A stretch of DNA of 64,000 bases, from the NCBI GenBank assembly GCA_016783715.1, contig JADHWA010000001.1:118-64117 (forward strand), written 5' to 3'. Source of the DNA: Candidatus Omnitrophota bacterium. Its GTDB lineage: Bacteria > Omnitrophota > Gorgyraeia > Gygaellales > Profunditerraquicolaceae. Made by a program: the position numbers and the translations under genes. Positions 60,176 through 64,000 of this stretch are shown here, piece after piece; the first letter of the stretch is position 1; each line of letters starts with the position of its first letter. A model generated the notes under the pieces. The model searched no databases, was not told where the DNA came from, and saw nothing but the letters and a program-made list of their open reading frames with translations.

Positions 60176-61198
60176 TTATTTAGCTTTAATCGCCGTTAGT
60201 AATTCGCTGCGGCTGGCTGTTGCGGTACCCAGCTTTCCTACTACGATGCCTGCCGCAAGGTTGGCCAGATAAGCTGCCTCCTGCTTCCCTGCGCCGCAGG
60301 CAAGAGCCAGAGAGAAAACTGAGACCACCGTATCCCCCGCACCGGAAACATCATAGACCTCCTGTGCCATGGTGGGAATATGAATAGATTTATTGCTCTT
60401 CTTCTCTAACAGAAGCATACCTTCCTCGCCTAGAGTAACCAGAAGCGATTCTAATCCCAGATAATTAATTATCTCTTTTGCTGCCCGATTAATATCCCTG
60501 GCTGTAGAGAGCCGGTCATTATCCGCCCGGAAAGAATTACTCCTGTCTTTGATCTTCAAATTCCTTACCGCGTTCTCCAGCTCCTTGCGGTTAGGAGTAA
60601 TCGCGGTGACCCCGCGATAAAATTGGAAGTGATCCTCTTTGGGGTCTACGATGATAATCTTCTTGGCGCCTGTGGCCAGGGCAGTTATCTCTTTAAGCAG
60701 CTGGGCATTGACTACACCCTTACCGTAATCTTCGATTATCAGAGAATCGAAATTTTTTATGCTCTTTTTTACAAAATCGATGATCTTTCGGTTTAGTGCA
60801 GCAGAAAGAGATCTTGTATGCTCCCAGTCTACCCTTACCACCTGCTGATGCCCGGCAATAATCCGAGTCTTTAGCGTTGTTGGTCGTCCGGCTTCACTAA
60901 AGATACCGTTTGTTCTAATCTTATTCTTACGCAGCTGAGCAACTAAAGATGCAGCCTTTTCGTCTCTGCCGATAACCCCTGCGAGAGAAACGTTCCCTCC
61001 GAGCGACCGGATATTATAAGCGACGTTTGCCGCACCTCCGGGGACGAAGGTGCTTTTGTTAGCCCAGACTATCGGTACCGGCGCTTCCGGAGAGATCCTT
61101 TCTACATTACCGATAATATACTCATCAAGGATCAAATCTCCGATTACCAGAACCTTTGCTTTATTAAATTTACGAACAATTCTTTCTAGATTCTTCAT
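60176..61198 (-). CDS. rfaE1: D-glycero-manno-heptose 7-phosphate kinase (PfkB family)
   Basis: RISPEAPVP, GGAANVA, DYGKG, DVSGAGDT. Confidence 0.92.
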   Translation of the reverse strand: MKNLERIVRKFNKAKVLVIGDLILDEYIIGNVERISPEAPVPIVWANKSTFVPGGAANVAYNIRSLGGNVSLAGVIGRDEKAASLVAQLRKNKIRTNGIFSEAGRPTTLKTRIIAGHQQVVRVDWEHTRSLSAALNRKIIDFVKKSIKNFDSLIIEDYGKGVVNAQLLKEITALATGAKKIIIVDPKEDHFQFYRGVTAITPNRKELENAVRNLKIKDRSNSFRADNDRLSTARDINRAAKEIINYLGLESLLVTLGEEGMLLLEKKSNKSIHIPTMAQEVYDVSGAGDTVVSVFSLALACGAGKQEAAYLANLAAGIVVGKLGTATASRSELLTAIKAK

Positions 61199-62124
61199 AT
61201 CCTCTCGATGATTGCCTGCGCCAATAAGGGCAACATAATCTCATGGTGGCCGACGATATAATAACCCCTGCCCAAGGGAGCCACCGGCCGCCGCACGATA
61301 TTCTCTGCCGGACGATAATGATAGATCATATCGAAATTTGCCGCGGTGAAATCCTTTACCGGAAACCCCAGATTGCGCGCCAGATTCAATGCCTTTAAAA
61401 ATACCTCCGGCAGGATTACCGCTGAGCCGAAATTTAATACCACGCCGCCCTTGTTAAGTTTGATTACATTTTCGGTCAAGATCTTAAAATCTCTAAGACT
61501 CCCCTCGCCGGTCAAGCTGGCATCAAAAGACGGATGCTGATGAATAATATCAGTGCCGATTCCCACATGGACAGTGACCGGTACCTTAAATTTAGCGGCA
61601 TTATAAAGGAGGCTCAGGCTCTTATGGGGGAGTTTTGCCGTGGAGATCCTTGAGGCAACCGCATATCCCAGGCCTAAACCATCTTCGACCCCATCTCTGG
61701 CTGCAGTATTGATAAAGACAGCGGTTTCCTTACCCATCCCGAACTTACCATGTTTCAGGTTCCCAGCCACATCTTCGGATGTCTTACCCGCAAAGGCAAG
61801 CTCGAAATCATGGATAATCCCAGCACCATTTAAGGCGATGCAGGTGATTACTTTCTTCTTAATCAGCTCTATGAGTAGCGGATTTAAACCGCATTTGATC
61901 ACATGCGCCCCGCACATAAAGATCACTGATTTCTTCTTCCTGCGGGCAGCGACTATCGCATCTACAATCGCGCGTATCTCCTTTGTTTTTAGGATGTTTG
62001 GTAAAGAATTATAGAATTTCGCAAAACTACTCCTTCTAACAGGTAGTTTAGCAAAATCACTCACTTTTACCTTGCTGTAGCGGGACTTTACCGAATATGT
62101 CTTGACTCTGTTAATATTGATCAT
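61195..62124 (-). CDS. Conserved hypothetical protein, possibly deoxyhypusine-synthase-like fold
   Basis: GAHVIK.G, NGAGIIHDFE, TSEDV, GSAVILPEVFLK, GHHE; fold call by recall only; start ATG 62124 likely. Confidence 0.6.
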   Translation of the reverse strand: MININRVKTYSVKSRYSKVKVSDFAKLPVRRSSFAKFYNSLPNILKTKEIRAIVDAIVAARRKKKSVIFMCGAHVIKCGLNPLLIELIKKKVITCIALNGAGIIHDFELAFAGKTSEDVAGNLKHGKFGMGKETAVFINTAARDGVEDGLGLGYAVASRISTAKLPHKSLSLLYNAAKFKVPVTVHVGIGTDIIHQHPSFDASLTGEGSLRDFKILTENVIKLNKGGVVLNFGSAVILPEVFLKALNLARNLGFPVKDFTAANFDMIYHYRPAENIVRRPVAPLGRGYYIVGHHEIMLPLLAQAIIERI

Positions 62125-62135
62125 CAGAATCACCA

Positions 62136-62163
62136 ATTATAACACAACTCTGTTTAAAAACAA
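62136..62163 (-). promoter_or_regulatory. Putative extended -10 promoter
   Basis: TTGTTT...TGT-TATAAT about 12 nt upstream of ATG 62124. Confidence 0.45.
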
Positions 62164-62207
62164 ATGGATATTTACGCAAGAAGCCTGCTTAAAAAAACCA
62201 CACCCAT

Positions 62208-62236
62208 AGTATCTTTTATAACCGCTTTTCTGTCAA
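62208..62236 (-). promoter_or_regulatory. Putative sigma70 promoter
   Basis: TTGACA-17 nt-GATACT on minus strand. Confidence 0.4.
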
Positions 62237-62347
62237 GAGGTATTGATATATTCGCGGCGTCGGAACCGATCCCTTCAGGGTGAGATAACGCCACTGTGTA
62301 TCAACCCTTGAAAAACCGAGAAAACCCGTTGGCTTGTTTATACTTAC

Positions 62348-64000
62348 CTACAAAATGCCCTCTGCTATCTTAAGGAGATCATCAACTGTAACCGCCTTTA
62401 AACACTCAAAGCCCTTCAAGCAATTGTGCGCCAGACAATGGCTGCAACCTACATCTTTATGCAAGAAATACCCCCTGCTGCCGACCGGGCCCCAGCGCTG
62501 CGGGCTTAAACCCCTCTGGGCACGCCCAAAGATAGAGATCACCGGCACCCCGACTGCCGAGGCGATATGCACAGGACCTGAATCATTGGAGATAAATAGA
62601 CTTGCCCTTTTTAAGACGCTGGCTAACTGGCTTACTGATGTCATACCGGCTAGATCAATTGCCCGTACATGCATACGCCTGGTAACCCGCGCGGCCACAG
62701 CGGTATCTTTGGCCCCGGCGACAATTATAACCTTCAGGCCGTATCTCTTGCTCAAGTTATCTGCCACCTCGGAGAATCGCCCTGCCGACCAGACCTTTGA
62801 AGGACAGCTTGCACCGGGATGGATCACCAATATTTTATCTTTGGCGGTAACCTTCTCTCTGCTCAATAACTCCCTTAACCACGCTTGGGAGGTCTCTTTG
62901 ATCGGCATATACAACTGCCTATCTTTGGCCTCTATACCAAGGCGCCTCAATAAATCCAGGTTATAATCTAACTCGTGTTTCTGGCCAAATTGCTTAAGAT
63001 GCCTGACTCTCTCTGTAAGCAGCCATCCCAGCTTGCGATTCCAACCTACCCTCCTCTTGATCCCGGCGAAGAATGTCACCAGGTGCATGCGGTTAGTCGG
63101 ATGGAGAATAACCGCAGCATCGAACCTCTTCTTCTTAAGGGCCCGGGCGAACTTCATTGAATTATACCAGCTTTTATGTAAGGCAAACTTATCATAAATT
63201 ATAACTTCATCCAGATAGGGATTCCCGTCGACTATATCCCTGGCGCCGGGGGCGACAATCATCGCAATATAGGCATGAGGATACTCATCCCTTAGGCTCT
63301 TAATCACCGGAGTGGATAATACCACGTCTCCGAGCCTGTCTGTCCTGACGATCAAGATTCTTTCTAGGCGCATCTTTTTCCCAGCAGGCACTCCTGGGGA
63401 CTCTTCTAAAAAATTACCTGAGGCCCCCAACATCCTCTTTGCGACTACAATCACATCCCGGGTCTTGACTGCAGCAATACAATTCAGGGTACCGAGGCGG
63501 CATTGGGCTTTTTCACACGGCCGGCAGAAAACCTCCTTCTTGACCAGAGAGGAGTAATCCGACCAGGGGCCGTATTTTTTTTCGTTAGTAGCGCCAAAGA
63601 CTGCCAACACCGGCAGATTCATATAGCTGCCCATGTGGAGTGCGGCACTATCATTGGTAATCAGAAGATTGGCCCGCTGCAACAGATATGCCAACTCGGC
63701 CAGATTAGTCCTGCCGCAGAGGTCGATCACCGGATAGCCGCAGTGCCGCCTGATGTACTCTGCGATTGACGAGTCATTTTTGTCGCCGACTAAGGCTACA
63801 CTTACCGCCAACTCTTTTATCAATAAAAAGATAAGCTCGGCAAACTTATCCTTTGACCATCTCTTAATATGACTCCTTGCCCCCACTGAGACCACAACTA
63901 ACCTGCCGGAAGGCTTGATTCGGCTATCGGCAAGAAGATTATTAACGCGTAACTTATCCTCAGGCCCGATAAAAAGGCTGGTCTCCCTGATATCACCCCG
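62348..64000 (-). CDS. Tandem two-domain GT9 LPS heptosyltransferase (5'-partial)
   Basis: Two NDS..H motifs; RTDRLGDVVL starts the second module; frame stays open to the window edge. Confidence 0.9.
   Translation of the reverse strand, partial: RGDIRETSLFIGPEDKLRVNNLLADSRIKPSGRLVVVSVGARSHIKRWSKDKFAELIFLLIKELAVSVALVGDKNDSSIAEYIRRHCGYPVIDLCGRTNLAELAYLLQRANLLITNDSAALHMGSYMNLPVLAVFGATNEKKYGPWSDYSSLVKKEVFCRPCEKAQCRLGTLNCIAAVKTRDVIVVAKRMLGASGNFLEESPGVPAGKKMRLERILIVRTDRLGDVVLSTPVIKSLRDEYPHAYIAMIVAPGARDIVDGNPYLDEVIIYDKFALHKSWYNSMKFARALKKKRFDAAVILHPTNRMHLVTFFAGIKRRVGWNRKLGWLLTERVRHLKQFGQKHELDYNLDLLRRLGIEAKDRQLYMPIKETSQAWLRELLSREKVTAKDKILVIHPGASCPSKVWSAGRFSEVADNLSKRYGLKVIIVAGAKDTAVAARVTRRMHVRAIDLAGMTSVSQLASVLKRASLFISNDSGPVHIASAVGVPVISIFGRAQRGLSPQRWGPVGSRGYFLHKDVGCSHCLAHNCLKGFECLKAVTVDDLLKIAEGIL

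Overview
A 64 kb stretch of core bacterial chromosome. All 62 called genes lie on the minus strand in tightly coupled operons. Gene content (Wood-Ljungdahl cluster, Kdo/heptose LPS genes, MEP pathway, orphan Tad ATPase) indicates an anaerobic diderm, possibly Candidatus Omnitrophota (inference, not verified). Reading along the transcript: tandem GT9 heptosyltransferase, DHS-like protein, rfaE1, kdsBADC, lptC, lptB, tig, clpP, class V aminotransferase, serA, UshA-like protein, homocitrate/Re-citrate synthase, purA, OmpA protein, uppS-cdsA-dxr-rseP-ispG, cpaF, proS, rimP-nusA-infB, trpS, scpA, ruvB, queH, GHL10 protein, queA, tgt, trmD-rplS-rnhB-yraN, fhs-fchA-folD-metF-cooS-cooF-oxidoreductase-acsB, TPR protein, polA, glgA, coaE, rho, rpmE, prfA-prmC, murA, trpGDCF. 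I see no tRNA, rRNA, CRISPR array, transposase or integrase. The most unusual feature is non-coding. Most of the longer intergenic gaps hold palindromic cassettes. Eight share an ATGA-[hairpin]-GAAT scaffold with interchangeable hairpin modules, GA mismatches and GNA loops, and usually sit just upstream of the next gene's RBS or start. Related modules lie in frame inside queA and supply the ends of proS, prfA and prmC. One cassette is flanked by a synonymously recoded duplicate of the clpP 3' end, and one tandem array leaves the prfA UAG stop in frame with prmC. All calls come from reading the sequence by eye; no searches were run.
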